Shown: positions 27,487-37,809, counted from the stretch's first letter. The stretch is 64,000 nucleotides of DNA from an uncultured Candidatus Saccharibacteria bacterium (GCA_964355645.1 CAYHDI010000002.1:92522-156521), one strand, 5' to 3'. Numbers and translations: made by a program. The notes: a model not told the origin generated them from the letters alone.

Positions 27487-28215
27487 TTAGAATTTTATCA
27501 CACAATATGTACCTCGCACATTTTGCTTCGCCATACCAATGGTGAGATAGCCCGGTTTCTCAACTGGAACAGTAACCACCCCAATACCAGATCGGTAAAA
27601 AAGTCCCACTTCACGTGATTCAAGAACTCTAAGCACAACCTTCAATCCTTGGCCCCTCTTTTCTGGATTTCTTCCAGAAATAATTTCTGTAAAAGCAACT
27701 TTCAAAGCCTCTTGATCATCAACAATGGACGGCCTTACTTGTCTGAGGGTTGCTTTTACGCCTCGACCACGATCAGCTATCACTATAACCCTCTTTTTAA
27801 GATCATAGGCGTAGAATGTGCCCGAAATATCTGGCCAATTGCCTACATTATGAGCAAAAGAATTGTCACCAATTTCGCTGGCAATCAACGTGATGAGTGA
27901 ATCCAATGCTTCTGAAAATCGACTGTCCCCCTGGAGTTCCATGCCCATTTTTGTTACTCGACTGGTAAAACGATCAGGCAACTCACAGTAATAATCAATA
28001 GGAAGTTCAGGTGGTATCGCGCTTGTTGCCCATACCATCCCTAACGCCTCTATGTCTACAGCAAATTTTTTAAGATCCACTAAGTGGTAATATCGCTGAT
28101 TTCCAGCACTTCTTTCTGAGAGAAGTTTCCCGGATTTTTCCCAATTGCGAAGAGTCTGGGAAGTGACTCCAAGAATTTTAGCAGCTTCACTTATACGTAC
28201 TTTACTATCAATCAT
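27487..28215 (-). CDS. MerR-type HTH fused to GHKL/HATPase (anti-sigma kinase-like) domain
   Basis: ISEAAKILGVT.QTLRNWE..G; EIGDNSFAH, IADRGRG, RGQGL, GT. Confidence 0.85.
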   Translation of the reverse strand: MIDSKVRISEAAKILGVTSQTLRNWEKSGKLLSERSAGNQRYYHLVDLKKFAVDIEALGMVWATSAIPPELPIDYYCELPDRFTSRVTKMGMELQGDSRFSEALDSLITLIASEIGDNSFAHNVGNWPDISGTFYAYDLKKRVIVIADRGRGVKATLRQVRPSIVDDQEALKVAFTEIISGRNPEKRGQGLKVVLRVLESREVGLFYRSGIGVVTVPVEKPGYLTIGMAKQNVRGTYCVIKF

Positions 28216-28222
28216 AAAGGTA

Positions 28223-28292
28223 TTTTATAAGTTTATACCCTAAACTTATAAAAGTCAAGTTAACTTTATAAGTTAATACCCTAAACCTATAA
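28223..28292 (-). promoter_or_regulatory. promoter overlapped by a palindromic operator, plus a second degenerate operator
   Basis: TTGACT(28258-28253)-17-TAAACT(28235-28230); inverted repeat TTTTATAAGTTTA-n5-TAAACTTATAAAA 28223-28253; degenerate copy 28265-28292. Confidence 0.75.
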
Positions 28293-28303
28293 TGAACATT
28301 GTA

Positions 28304-29179
28304 CTATATCCCCTCTTTTTTCAATTCTTCAATCAATTTCTTTGCCTCCTTGGATAATTTCTCGGGAATATTGACTGTGATGCGGACATACAAATCACCC
28401 CGTCTGTTCCCGCCTTGAGGTACACCCTTGCCTTTCACCCTAAGAATTGTTCCTGAATTTGTGCCAGCGGGAATCTTGAGTTCTATTGTCCCATCCAATA
28501 TTTGAATATTCTTTGTGGCTCCCAGAAGTGCATCCGAAAGTTTAATATTCAAATCCATGATTAAGTTGTAGCCTTCTTTTCTAATATTCGGGTGTCTTTT
28601 CACATGGACTTTGATATACAAATCTCCGGGTTGACCATTCTCAATCATTTCTCCCATTCCATCCATGCGAATCATCTGGCCACTCTCTATGCCCGCAGGA
28701 ATTGCAATGTTCACTTCTTTCTGTTTAACCAGTCGGCTGTTAATGTTGACCTTGCGTGTCACTCCGAAAACCGATTCGTAGAAAGTTATTTCTATATCCA
28801 CTTGAACATCACGGCCTCGACGCATTCTTCGCCCTCCGAACATACTGCTCAAAATATCATTCAAATCAATATTTTCGAATCCTTGAGCATTACCACTGAA
28901 TCCTGAGAAATCAAATCCTCCGAAACTCTGTCCAGCATTGAACCCGCCGAAGCCCGAGGCTCCAGCATTAAAGTTCCCGCTCCCTACGGCATCATATTGA
29001 GCGCGTTTGTTTTTGTCTCCGAGAACAGAATAAGCTTCACTGGCTTCTTTGAATCTTGCTTCATTTCCACCCTTTTTGTCCGGATGATGTTCGTGAGCCA
29101 ATTTGCGAAAAGCTTTCTTTATTTCGTCTTCTGTCGCGGTTTTAGAAACGCCGAGAATTTTATAGTAATCTTTAGACAT
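28304..29179 (-). CDS. dnaJ: DnaJ-class chaperone without zinc finger
   Basis: DYY.ILGV, HPD, G/F-rich linker, C-terminal domain; no CxxCxGxG repeats. Confidence 0.92.
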   Translation of the reverse strand: MSKDYYKILGVSKTATEDEIKKAFRKLAHEHHPDKKGGNEARFKEASEAYSVLGDKNKRAQYDAVGSGNFNAGASGFGGFNAGQSFGGFDFSGFSGNAQGFENIDLNDILSSMFGGRRMRRGRDVQVDIEITFYESVFGVTRKVNINSRLVKQKEVNIAIPAGIESGQMIRMDGMGEMIENGQPGDLYIKVHVKRHPNIRKEGYNLIMDLNIKLSDALLGATKNIQILDGTIELKIPAGTNSGTILRVKGKGVPQGGNRRGDLYVRITVNIPEKLSKEAKKLIEELKKEGI

Positions 29180-31088
29180 TAGTTTCAGGAGCTGGACCCG
29201 TTCCCTCTGCTCCCTTATCTTTGAATTCAGCATCCTTTACGGTTTCATCTTTAGGGGTCTCATTGCTGACTTGTTCTGAGCCTGACGAAGGATTTTTTTG
29301 CAAGTATTCACCGATTTTAGAAAGTTCAGCAGAAAGTGCTTCGGTCGCTGTCTTAATCGATTCGATTGTACCTGATTCGCGCTCTTTTTTAAGAGCGTTG
29401 ATTTTCTCATTCACTGCATTTTTAATATCATCGGGAATGTTTGCATTATCCTTCAATGATTTCTCTGCAGTATAAATCAATTGCTCAGACATATTCTTCG
29501 CATCAACCAAATCTTTTTTCTTCGCATCATCGCTGGCATTAGCCTCGGCTTCCTTCTGCATACGCGCTATTTCATCTTTCGAAAGGCCCGAAGAAGCTTC
29601 AATACGAATGGATTGTTCCTTGCCCGTGGTTTTATCCTTGGCCTTCACAGAGAGGATTCCATTCGCATCAACGTCGAATGACACCTCGACCTGAGGCATA
29701 CCACGAGAGGCTGGAGGAATTCCATCAAGAATGAATCTGCCGAGCGATTTGTTGTCTCCGGCCATAGTCCTATCACCTTGAACAATATGTATTTCAACAG
29801 AAGTTTGATTGTCAGCGGCAGTTGAAAATACTTGAGATTTAGATGAAGGAATAGTTGTATTTCTTTCGATTAATTTTGTGGCCACACCTCCCATTGTTTC
29901 AATTCCGAGAGATAGAGGGATAACATCAAGGAGCAAGATGTCTTTCACATCACCCGAAAGGATTCCTCCTTGGATAGCTGCACCGAGAGCGACCACTTCA
30001 TCAGGATTAATGGATTTGTTCGGTTCTCGGTTAAAGAATTTCTTCACTGCATCCGAGATAGCCGGCATGCGAGTTTGTCCACCAACGAGAATCACTTCGT
30101 TCAAATCAGCTATCTTGAACGGAGAAGCCTCCATAGCTCGCTTGGTAATAGTCATCGCTCGGTCAATGAATTCTGCTGTTAGTTCTTCGAGTTTGGCTCG
30201 GCTCATTTTTAATAGCAAATGCTTCGGTCCAGAGGCATCAGAAGTAATGAATGGAATATTTATTTCTGTTTCTGTGGCTGTTGAAAGTTCAATCTTGGCC
30301 TTCTCTGCGGCTTCATCCAAACGTTGAAGAGCTAGAGCATCATTACGGACATCAATACCCGATTCCTTCTTATATTCATCAGCAATCCAATTGATAACCT
30401 TTTGGTCAATATCTTTACCGCCGAGGTGTGAATCTCCGTCAGTCGATTTCACTTCGACCACATCATCACCCACTTCCAGAATGGAAATATCAAATGTTCC
30501 TCCACCAAAATCGAAAACAGCAATCTTCTCGTTTTTCTTTTTATCAAATCCGTAAGCCAAAGCAGCAGCCGTCGGTTCATTGATAATTCGCTTCACATCA
30601 AGTCCGGCAATCTGACCGGCATCCTTTGTGGCTTTGCGTTGCGCATCATTAAAATAAGCAGGGACAGTGATGACCGCTTCAGTAATTTTTTCTCCCAATT
30701 TAGTTTCTGCGTCGGCCTTCAATTTCTGAAGAATCATCGCCGAGATTTCTTCTGGTCTTTGATCCTTGTCTCCAAGATGAACGAGTACCCCGCCATCTGT
30801 TGAACTTTTCACTTCGAATGGAACGGTAGCCTTGTCTTTCTGAACAGCCGGGTCAGAGAAAATATGGCCGATAAATCGCTTGATTCCGAAAACAGTGTTC
30901 TTCGGATTGGTGACCGCCTGTCTGCGTGCGAGAAGTCCAACCATACGCTCACCGGTTTTAGAAATAGCCACAATAGAAGGAGTGGTTCGTGCTCCCTCGG
31001 AGTTTTCAATTATTTTCGGGGCACCTACCTCCATGATGGCTATCGCCGAGTTTGTTGTTCCTAAATCTATTCCAATGATTTTTGCCAT
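29172..31088 (-). CDS. dnaK: chaperone DnaK
   Basis: [25 protein letters not shown]. Confidence 0.99.
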   Translation of the reverse strand: MAKIIGIDLGTTNSAIAIMEVGAPKIIENSEGARTTPSIVAISKTGERMVGLLARRQAVTNPKNTVFGIKRFIGHIFSDPAVQKDKATVPFEVKSSTDGGVLVHLGDKDQRPEEISAMILQKLKADAETKLGEKITEAVITVPAYFNDAQRKATKDAGQIAGLDVKRIINEPTAAALAYGFDKKKNEKIAVFDFGGGTFDISILEVGDDVVEVKSTDGDSHLGGKDIDQKVINWIADEYKKESGIDVRNDALALQRLDEAAEKAKIELSTATETEINIPFITSDASGPKHLLLKMSRAKLEELTAEFIDRAMTITKRAMEASPFKIADLNEVILVGGQTRMPAISDAVKKFFNREPNKSINPDEVVALGAAIQGGILSGDVKDILLLDVIPLSLGIETMGGVATKLIERNTTIPSSKSQVFSTAADNQTSVEIHIVQGDRTMAGDNKSLGRFILDGIPPASRGMPQVEVSFDVDANGILSVKAKDKTTGKEQSIRIEASSGLSKDEIARMQKEAEANASDDAKKKDLVDAKNMSEQLIYTAEKSLKDNANIPDDIKNAVNEKINALKKERESGTIESIKTATEALSAELSKIGEYLQKNPSSGSEQVSNETPKDETVKDAEFKDKGAEGTGPAPETNV

Positions 31089-31156
31089 ATTTTTTGTGTT
31101 AGTTCGTTAATAATAGCACGATTTTACAAAATGTATTATTTCTTTGTCAAATTTAT

Positions 31157-31693
31157 TTATTCTTCAACAAATTCGCCTATTTTGACCTTTGCTGGTCTCA
31201 AAACACGACCATTTAGAATATAGCCTTCTTGTAGAACCTCAAGGATTTTGTGATCATCGTCTTTTGCTTCGGTTTTAATTGTCCCTACTGCTTCATGAAA
31301 GTTCGGATCAAACTTTTCTCCCATTGGATTTATTTCCTCAAGGCCATAATTTTTAAGAGTCTTAAGTAACATTGAATGTATTTGCTCGACGCCTTTATCC
31401 CCATGGGCCACGGCCAACGATAACCCATCGAGAACTGGTAGTAGTTCATTTATTAATCCTGCATTCGCAAATTTCAAAAATTCCACCTTGGCTTCCTCAT
31501 CTCTTTTTCTCAAGTTCACAAAATCAGCTTGAGCTCTCTGCCAACCATCCATATTTTCCTTGACCTTCGCCTCGGCTTCTTTCAGCTTCTCTTTGAGTTT
31601 TTTAATGGTGTCACCTTGATGTTCGTCAGTTAAGACTGAATCATCAATCCCCGTCTCGTTATCGAGCGTTATGTCGTCATCTTTGTCTGTCAT
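31157..31693 (-). CDS. grpE: nucleotide exchange factor GrpE
   Basis: RAQADF.N.RKR, FDPNFHEA, GY..NGRVLRPA. Confidence 0.96.
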   Translation of the reverse strand: MTDKDDDITLDNETGIDDSVLTDEHQGDTIKKLKEKLKEAEAKVKENMDGWQRAQADFVNLRKRDEEAKVEFLKFANAGLINELLPVLDGLSLAVAHGDKGVEQIHSMLLKTLKNYGLEEINPMGEKFDPNFHEAVGTIKTEAKDDDHKILEVLQEGYILNGRVLRPAKVKIGEFVEE

Positions 31694-31733
31694 AGACTAG
31701 TAGAATAATGAATTTCGTACCCAAAAGCAAGGA

Positions 31734-31904
31734 TTATTTAATGAATTTGAAGGTTGAAATAATGCTGGCTGTGTTTTCAGAAACATTCTGAACAACCTCA
31801 AGTACATCAGTAACTTCAGTTCGGACGGATTTAAATTGCTCGTTAAATTGGTCGGTAATACGACCTTCCATCCCTTCTAGATATGTTTTAAGTTCTGATT
31901 CCAT
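31734..31904 (-). CDS. small coiled-coil hypothetical protein (56 aa, MESELKTYLEGMEGRI...)
   Basis: TATAAT 6 nt before ATG 31904; open to TAA 31734. Confidence 0.5.
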   Translation of the reverse strand: MESELKTYLEGMEGRITDQFNEQFKSVRTEVTDVLEVVQNVSENTASIISTFKFIK

Positions 31905-31979
31905 AAATACATTATAACAAAAACCACTCCAGAAAGTATGGGTAGATAATGATTAAGGTTAAACCTTGCTCAATATTGG

Positions 31980-32387
31980 TTAACGTTTAGACCACTGTGG
32001 TGCCTTTCTTGCCTTTTTGAGGCCGAACTTGCGACGTTCCTTGGCTCGAGGGTCTCTCTTGAGCATGCCTTTAACCTTAAGTTTGGTTCGTAGATTAATA
32101 TCATAGCCAAGCAGTGCTCTCGCAATGCCATGTCTTACCGCATCAGCCTGAGACGAAACTCCACCACCATTCACATGTACTGTTACAGCAAATTTTTGCT
32201 CTAATCCCGAGGCATCGAAAGCTGACTTCACCGTATTTCTTAATTCTGCTGTAGGAAAATAGCTCTCAAGCTCACGATTGTTGATAGTAATACTAAATTT
32301 GGCTGATGGGGTAATACGAACACGCGCAGTCGAGGTTTTTCTTCGACCTACCGCTCCGATGTATTTGGTTGTGGATTTTTCAGCCAT
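31980..32387 (-). CDS. rpsI: 30S ribosomal protein S9
   Basis: GRRKTS.ARV, GGG..SQA.A, ARKAPQWSKR. Confidence 0.98.
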   Translation of the reverse strand: MAEKSTTKYIGAVGRRKTSTARVRITPSAKFSITINNRELESYFPTAELRNTVKSAFDASGLEQKFAVTVHVNGGGVSSQADAVRHGIARALLGYDINLRTKLKVKGMLKRDPRAKERRKFGLKKARKAPQWSKR

Positions 32388-32411
32388 ATTATTTATAGTG
32401 AGTTTATCGAA

Positions 32412-32756
32412 CTAATCTTTAATAATTAAATTTTTTATCATCTGGGGTCGAAGTTTATTCTTCGGGAGCATTCCGAGGACAGCCCGACGAAGCACATCCT
32501 TCTCACCCTTGGCATTAATCACCTGTTGCATAGAAACAGTTTTTAAACTTCCTGGATAACCAGAGTGACTAACATATGTTTTGTCCTTTTTCTTTTTTGG
32601 ATCAATCCAAAGTTTAGAGGCATTCTGCACTTCAACTTTGATATCTGGAATTCTGTTCTTGGCAAAATCAGTACGATTCTTACCCATGAGTAATACGGCA
32701 ATTTCTGTAGCTAATCTTCCTATTCTCTTCCCCGTGGCATCTAGTGTGTGTTTCAT
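32412..32756 (-). CDS. rplM: 50S ribosomal protein L13 (short)
   Basis: DA.GK.IGRLA, HSGYPG, GMLPKNKL. Confidence 0.95.
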   Translation of the reverse strand: MKHTLDATGKRIGRLATEIAVLLMGKNRTDFAKNRIPDIKVEVQNASKLWIDPKKKKDKTYVSHSGYPGSLKTVSMQQVINAKGEKDVLRRAVLGMLPKNKLRPQMIKNLIIKD

Positions 32757-32761
32757 TTTGG

Positions 32762-33109
32762 TTAGACAAATTCAATTATGGCCATAGGTGCGCCATCTGA
32801 AGAACGACGAATGAGTTTGGTTATTCGAGTATAGCCTCCCTTCGTTTCTTTATATTTGGGTGAAAGTGTCAGAGCAATTTTCTTCCCGGCAATTCTCCCA
32901 ACTCGTGTATCAAGCAATCGACGACTGGCCAGCGTACCTTTCTTGCCGAAAGTAATGAGCTTCTCAACAAAAGGCCGAAGCTCTTTGGCTTTCGGTTCAG
33001 TAGTTTTTATTTTTTCTTTCACCACCAACGAATAGGCCAAGGAACGCAAAAGGGCTTTGCGCTGATTTGCTACTCGTCCAAACTTTCTGTTGGCGTTGTG
33101 GTGTCTCAT
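32762..33109 (-). CDS. rplQ: 50S ribosomal protein L17
   Basis: MRH, TT..KAKELR, GGYTRI. Confidence 0.97.
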   Translation of the reverse strand: MRHHNANRKFGRVANQRKALLRSLAYSLVVKEKIKTTEPKAKELRPFVEKLITFGKKGTLASRRLLDTRVGRIAGKKIALTLSPKYKETKGGYTRITKLIRRSSDGAPMAIIEFV

Positions 33110-34071
33110 TATTTAAGTGTTATCCCGAATTCACCCAAAGCCTTTCTGATTTCCTGAATACCCTTTGAGCCGAGACCTTCAATTTCTAGGAGATCTTTTT
33201 CTTTCTTTCGAGCAAGTCCTCCGACTGTTCTAATGTTGGCATTCGAGAGAGCATTTTGAGTCCTGGCTGAAACATCCAGAGATTCAATTCTAGTTTTAAG
33301 GACTTCTGGATCAATTTCTCCTCGGGAAGAAATTTCCTGACCCAAATTTTTAGGAGAAATAATTTCTTCCGGTTCATCTTCTTTGAAACCTACAATCGCT
33401 TTGAGTTGATTAATCATTATTTCAATCGATTTGGTCAAAGCATCTTTGGGCGAAATTGTGCCGTCAGTCTCGATGAAAACCTTGAGTTTGTTAAAATCTG
33501 TTCGATCACCGATACGCATGTTTTCCACTTCATAACTCGCTCGACGAATCGGAGTGAAGATTCCATCCAGGGCGATGGTCCCTATATCTACGCGATTTTT
33601 CTCAAGCATTTCTTTGGGCACGAAGCCCATTCCCTTCTCGGCAATGATTTCCATTTCAAGTTCAGCAGATTTGCTTGTGATAGTCGCGATGTTTTGCTCT
33701 GGATTAAGAATTTCCACTTGTCCTGGGAGATCAAGATCAGCTGCCGTTATTATCTTTTCACCTTTGACCTTAAGATTGATTGTTTGAGGCTCATCCGTTG
33801 CAAATCGCATTCTAATTTTCTTCAAATTCAAAAGAATAGTGATGACATCTTCTTTGATGCCTTCTATAGTCGAGAATTCATGGGGTACACCAGTGATTTT
33901 CACTGAAGTAATGGCTATACCCGGAAGTGAAGACAGAATAATACGTCTTAGGCTATTTCCAAGAGTGTGTCCGTATCCCGGATAAAGGCCTTCGATTTCG
34001 AAAACACCACTCGTCTCTTTCTCAGAGATAATCTTTGGTTTAGATGGAAGTACAATTGTATAATCTGACAT
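33109..34071 (-). CDS. rpoA: RNA polymerase subunit alpha
   Basis: GYGHTLGNSLRR.LLSS, HEFSTI.G.KED, alpha-CTD. Confidence 0.98.
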   Translation of the reverse strand: MSDYTIVLPSKPKIISEKETSGVFEIEGLYPGYGHTLGNSLRRIILSSLPGIAITSVKITGVPHEFSTIEGIKEDVITILLNLKKIRMRFATDEPQTINLKVKGEKIITAADLDLPGQVEILNPEQNIATITSKSAELEMEIIAEKGMGFVPKEMLEKNRVDIGTIALDGIFTPIRRASYEVENMRIGDRTDFNKLKVFIETDGTISPKDALTKSIEIMINQLKAIVGFKEDEPEEIISPKNLGQEISSRGEIDPEVLKTRIESLDVSARTQNALSNANIRTVGGLARKKEKDLLEIEGLGSKGIQEIRKALGEFGITLK

Positions 34072-34093
34072 AAAAATATTTATAAAAATTAAA

Positions 34094-34702
34094 TTAAGAT
34101 CTACTATAGAACTCAAGAACCATATTCAGGTCGAAAATATTTTCTCCTGGTGTATAAACCGGAAGCCCAATCACCTTGGCTTCTTTTTTCTCACCATTGA
34201 CCGCAATCCAGACCGGTACGGTAATCGTTTTCATCCTTTCTTCAACTCCTCCGAAAAGAGGACTCGAAGCGCTTCCTTCCCTTACGGTGACAATCGAATC
34301 TAATGCTAGCTTCATAGAAGGGATAGTCACTCGCTTACCCCGAACGACTGCATGCCCATGAGCAGCGATTTGCCGACCCTGAGCACGAGTCTGAGCAAAT
34401 CCAGAACGATAGAGAATATTATCCAATCGAAGTTCAAGAGATTGAAAAAGTTTTTGAAGTGGCTCACTTGAATGAATAGCTTCTTTCACATACTTGGCAA
34501 ATTGTTTTTCAGAAATACCATAAGAGAATCGAGCTTTCTGCTTTTCAACCAATTGTCGCCCGAATTCTGATTTTGGTCTTTGAGGAACTTTGCCGTTCTT
34601 TTCTTTTCTTGAAAGAGAAAGGGCATACTTCTGGCTTTGGGTTTTTTCAAATATTGGGGCTCCTAGTCTGCGAGCAATTTTGTATTTTGGTCCGATTTTC
34701 AT
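34094..34702 (-). CDS. rpsD: 30S ribosomal protein S4
   Basis: GPKYK..RR, QL.EKQK, LE.RLDN, EFYSR. Confidence 0.97.
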   Translation of the reverse strand: MKIGPKYKIARRLGAPIFEKTQSQKYALSLSRKEKNGKVPQRPKSEFGRQLVEKQKARFSYGISEKQFAKYVKEAIHSSEPLQKLFQSLELRLDNILYRSGFAQTRAQGRQIAAHGHAVVRGKRVTIPSMKLALDSIVTVREGSASSPLFGGVEERMKTITVPVWIAVNGEKKEAKVIGLPVYTPGENIFDLNMVLEFYSRS

Positions 34703-34731
34703 AAAATTTTATTTATAGTGAGTTTATCGAA

Positions 34732-35187
34732 CTAGGCTCTTCGTGGTTTAGGGGGCTTAGGGCCATTGTGCGGAACCGGGGTCATATCCGAAATAGTGGT
34801 CAGGTTAATTCCTTTTGAAATAAAACCGCGAATCGCAGATTCACGGCCTGAGCCCACTCCCCTTACAATCACTTTGACTTCCTTAATTCCAAACGCGGTG
34901 GCATTTTCGGCAATTTTTTCTCCAATCTTGGCTGCAGCGAACGGTGTTCCCTTCTTGGCCCCTTTGAATCCAAGTGCCCCCGAAGTTGACCAAGCGAGAG
35001 TATTTCCTTTCGGATCAGTCAAAACAAGTTTGGTATTGTTGTAAGTGGATTCAACATACAAAATACCAGACTCAAAACGTTTCTTTGAGCCTGAAGTTTT
35101 TTTCGGTGTAGCACTTTCCACCGCCACCTCCTTCGATTCGACGATTTGTTCTACTTCTTCAGCTTTGATAATTTTTTTCTTTCCCAT
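34732..35187 (-). CDS. rpsK: 30S ribosomal protein S11
   Basis: STYNNT, KKGTPFAA, G.GRESA, PHNGP. Confidence 0.98.
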   Translation of the reverse strand: MGKKKIIKAEEVEQIVESKEVAVESATPKKTSGSKKRFESGILYVESTYNNTKLVLTDPKGNTLAWSTSGALGFKGAKKGTPFAAAKIGEKIAENATAFGIKEVKVIVRGVGSGRESAIRGFISKGINLTTISDMTPVPHNGPKPPKPRRA

Positions 35188-35197
35188 TTATTTAAAA

Positions 35198-35578
35198 TTA
35201 TTTCTTATCTGCAATTTTGCGACCTGTGCCCATGGTTTTTCTGACATTTCCTCTTCGAGTACGAGAATTGGTTTTGGTTCTCTGGCCTCGAGACGGTAAA
35301 CCACGAGTATGTCTAACCCCTCTATAAGCCTTGATATCTTTCAAACGCTTAATATTCCCAGCAATTTTGCGCTTGAGATCTCCCTCTAAGGTTTTTGATT
35401 CAAGCAGGGTTCGGATTTTGTTTTCATCCGTTGTACTAATGTCCTTTGGCTTTTTGTCTCTTGATATTCCTGCTTCTTTCAAGATCTCAATCGCCCTTGA
35501 ACGTCCTACACCAAAAAGCACAGTCAGTCCAATGTCAATACGTTTATCTTCTGGGATGGTGATTCCTAGGATTCTCAT
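35198..35578 (-). CDS. rpsM: 30S ribosomal protein S13
   Basis: YRG.RH..GLP.RGQRTKTNSRT. Confidence 0.98.
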   Translation of the reverse strand: MRILGITIPEDKRIDIGLTVLFGVGRSRAIEILKEAGISRDKKPKDISTTDENKIRTLLESKTLEGDLKRKIAGNIKRLKDIKAYRGVRHTRGLPSRGQRTKTNSRTRRGNVRKTMGTGRKIADKK

Positions 35579-35580
35579 TT

Positions 35581-35697
35581 TTAACCTTGTCTTTGTTTAT
35601 GTCGGGCGTTAGCTTTGCAAATCACGTATACATAGCCTTTTCTACGGACAATTTGGCATTTTGAGCACATTTTTTTGACCGAAGCCTTGACTTTCAT
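35581..35697 (-). CDS. rpmJ: 50S ribosomal protein L36 (not in ORF track)
   Basis: Translates [38 protein letters not shown]. Confidence 0.96.
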   Translation of the reverse strand: MKVKASVKKMCSKCQIVRRKGYVYVICKANARHKQRQG

Positions 35698-35762
35698 AGT
35701 GAATAGGTATTCTAGCTTATCTTGGTTTTAGTGTCAATAAAGATTGTGAATAAGAGCTAGAT

Positions 35763-35978
35763 TTAGAGCCTTTTTATGATTCTGGCTTTTCCACCATAAG
35801 GTTCGAGCTCAAGAATGACCCTATCTCCAACAAGTACACGAATCCTATGCAAACGCATTTTCCCAGAGAGATAAGATAGGGTTTCTACTTCATCACCATC
35901 GATTTTCACCTTAAACATTATGTTTGGTAAAGCTTCCGTGACCGTTCCCATTCTTTCTAAATCTTTGTTATCAGACAT
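35763..35978 (-). CDS. infA: translation initiation factor IF-1
   Basis: G.VTEALPN..F.V, SGKMR..RIRVLVGD.V. Confidence 0.97.
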   Translation of the reverse strand: MSDNKDLERMGTVTEALPNIMFKVKIDGDEVETLSYLSGKMRLHRIRVLVGDRVILELEPYGGKARIIKRL

Positions 35979-36000
35979 TATATATGATTAAGAATCAAAT

Positions 36001-37281
36001 TTAATTAATAGAATTTTTAATTATTTTAATTTTTGTTGAATCTGAAGGGAATGAACTTTTCCAGAATGGTCTGACAACAGCATTCGCATTAAGAATACTC
36101 GGATAACTTTTCTTCAGAATGGGGTCCAAATCACTTTTGTTCTTGTCAGTTAAATCATTTCTTAGAGAGCTTTCATCTGTTAGATAAACAGCCGTTGCTC
36201 CTCCGTTTACTTGGAAATTCAACTGATCAGCTTTCAGAAGATCCTTGGCCGTCTGTCCAACAAAAGTCAAATCAAGATTTTCAAGATCCGGAATATTTAC
36301 TGGGTTTTGTTCGGTGTCAGTTAATTTTTTGGAGGCCAAGAAACTGATGAGATCGACTTTTTTGAACATTACGCCATACAAATCCGCGTGCAGATTAACC
36401 GTCACTCCGTTGTCAGTCGGATTGGTTTGAGGAAGATTGCTATAAGAAATATAAACAAGATTCGGATAAATAATAAAGTCAGGAGGAACCTGAGCCTTGG
36501 CTTGATTCATAAGTTCTCCTTTGAGAGTTTCACCGAGGGTGGTGTTCGCCGCTTTAAGGTCTGCTTCACTTACTTTTTTCATGGCTCCGACAAAACCACC
36601 CGTCATCTGGGTTTTAGATCTCGCATAAATAGTAGTGAATTGAGGTGTTCCTTTGAATCCCGGAATGGTGAAGTCAGTTAAATCAATGTTGTAATCCACC
36701 CCGGGTTGATCAGCCACTACTGTAGTTTCTATAGAACCTGGGACAGTAGTTCCATTTTGAGTTTTTTGTCCAGGAACAATAATTTCATTTGGGATTCTGA
36801 AAATCTTTCCGTCTGGTGATTGAAAACGAGTATTCTTTATAAGTTTTTGATTGTTCTTGCCTGAATTGTTGTAAACCACTATTGTTCCACTCGCCTTCAG
36901 AGAAACGTTCTCTTCACCCGAAGCTGGAGTTTTCACTCCCTTATCTTCTGAGAGTTTAATGACACTGAAGAGCAAAACCTTATCCCCGCTTTTGTATGCA
37001 GTGTAAGTGTCCTTGCTGAATGCAAGCGAGGAAGATTTTGGAGTATAACTGACCGTCGCACCAGCGAAAAGAGAAAACGCAGCAAACGCCAATACTAGTA
37101 AGGCAATCACCGCCCCTATCCACAAAAATTTCTTTGAATATTTTGATGAATAGGAAGGTGGTAATGACCTGGGCCTCATAATTAAAGGTTCGGAGTTTGA
37201 TTTGCGATTTTCAGGAATAGGAATGCTCCTGATTGATTTTCTATTAATCGGAACCACTATATCATCTATATTCTTGGGCAT
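36001..37281 (-). CDS. single-TM conserved CPR protein with baseplate-J-like beta domain
   Basis: KASG.I.VYN, LIKNTRF...G.IFR, VVADQPG..YNI, MTGG. Confidence 0.7.
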   Translation of the reverse strand: MPKNIDDIVVPINRKSIRSIPIPENRKSNSEPLIMRPRSLPPSYSSKYSKKFLWIGAVIALLVLAFAAFSLFAGATVSYTPKSSSLAFSKDTYTAYKSGDKVLLFSVIKLSEDKGVKTPASGEENVSLKASGTIVVYNNSGKNNQKLIKNTRFQSPDGKIFRIPNEIIVPGQKTQNGTTVPGSIETTVVADQPGVDYNIDLTDFTIPGFKGTPQFTTIYARSKTQMTGGFVGAMKKVSEADLKAANTTLGETLKGELMNQAKAQVPPDFIIYPNLVYISYSNLPQTNPTDNGVTVNLHADLYGVMFKKVDLISFLASKKLTDTEQNPVNIPDLENLDLTFVGQTAKDLLKADQLNFQVNGGATAVYLTDESSLRNDLTDKNKSDLDPILKKSYPSILNANAVVRPFWKSSFPSDSTKIKIIKNSIN

Positions 37282-37308
37282 AGTTTTATGGGTTTATTGT
37301 ATATCAGA

Positions 37309-37809
37309 TTAAAGGATTTGGAAATACTCCGTGTGCAGAAGCTTGGTGAGCTCATTCTTTGGTCCGAGAACGGAAATTTTGTTGTGAGAACTGATTTTTT
37401 CTAGAACCGATTGAAAGAATCCCTCGAACGGAGACCTGACATGCACAAATACAGCATAGGGTGAATCGACTTTGAAATATTCAGTTTGGCTCCATAAATT
37501 CATAAAGTAGGCTTCGCCTGAAGTCAAAACCTCCTCGAGTTTTCGTTTGGTTTTGAAATCCAGAGAATCTGTTTGCCAGAGAACCAGATAGCTCGAAGCC
37601 AACTTCGGTGAAATATTGAATCGTTCTGCAATTCTATTAAGAATATTGGTTGTGCCAAAGGGAATTTCGAGTATTCGACCACGCTTACCAAGATGATAGA
37701 AATCAAGTCTGGTATATTCATCACCCACAAAGACTATAAGAGCCGAAACTGTATGCGGGAAGGCTCGATGAATAATTTTTGAGAAAGTGTTTATCTCCTT
37801 GACTATCAT
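37309..37809 (-). CDS. hypothetical protein resembling a C-terminal FtsA/actin-like fragment
   Basis: VGDEYT, IPFG...L..IA..F.IS. Confidence 0.5.
   Translation of the reverse strand: MIVKEINTFSKIIHRAFPHTVSALIVFVGDEYTRLDFYHLGKRGRILEIPFGTTNILNRIAERFNISPKLASSYLVLWQTDSLDFKTKRKLEEVLTSGEAYFMNLWSQTEYFKVDSPYAVFVHVRSPFEGFFQSVLEKISSHNKISVLGPKNELTKLLHTEYFQIL

Noticed and set aside
28223-28292. Two near-identical 28-nt units as a mini CRISPR array
   Set aside because: Only two copies about 12 nt apart, no cas genes, and they overlap a promoter; an operator fits better.
31089-31980. HrcA/CIRCE control of grpE-dnaK-dnaJ
   Set aside because: No TTAGCACTC-N9-GAGTGCTAA and no hrcA in the window.
36001-37281. 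Prophage baseplate gene
   Set aside because: Membrane-anchored, isolated among housekeeping genes, and no other phage genes present.
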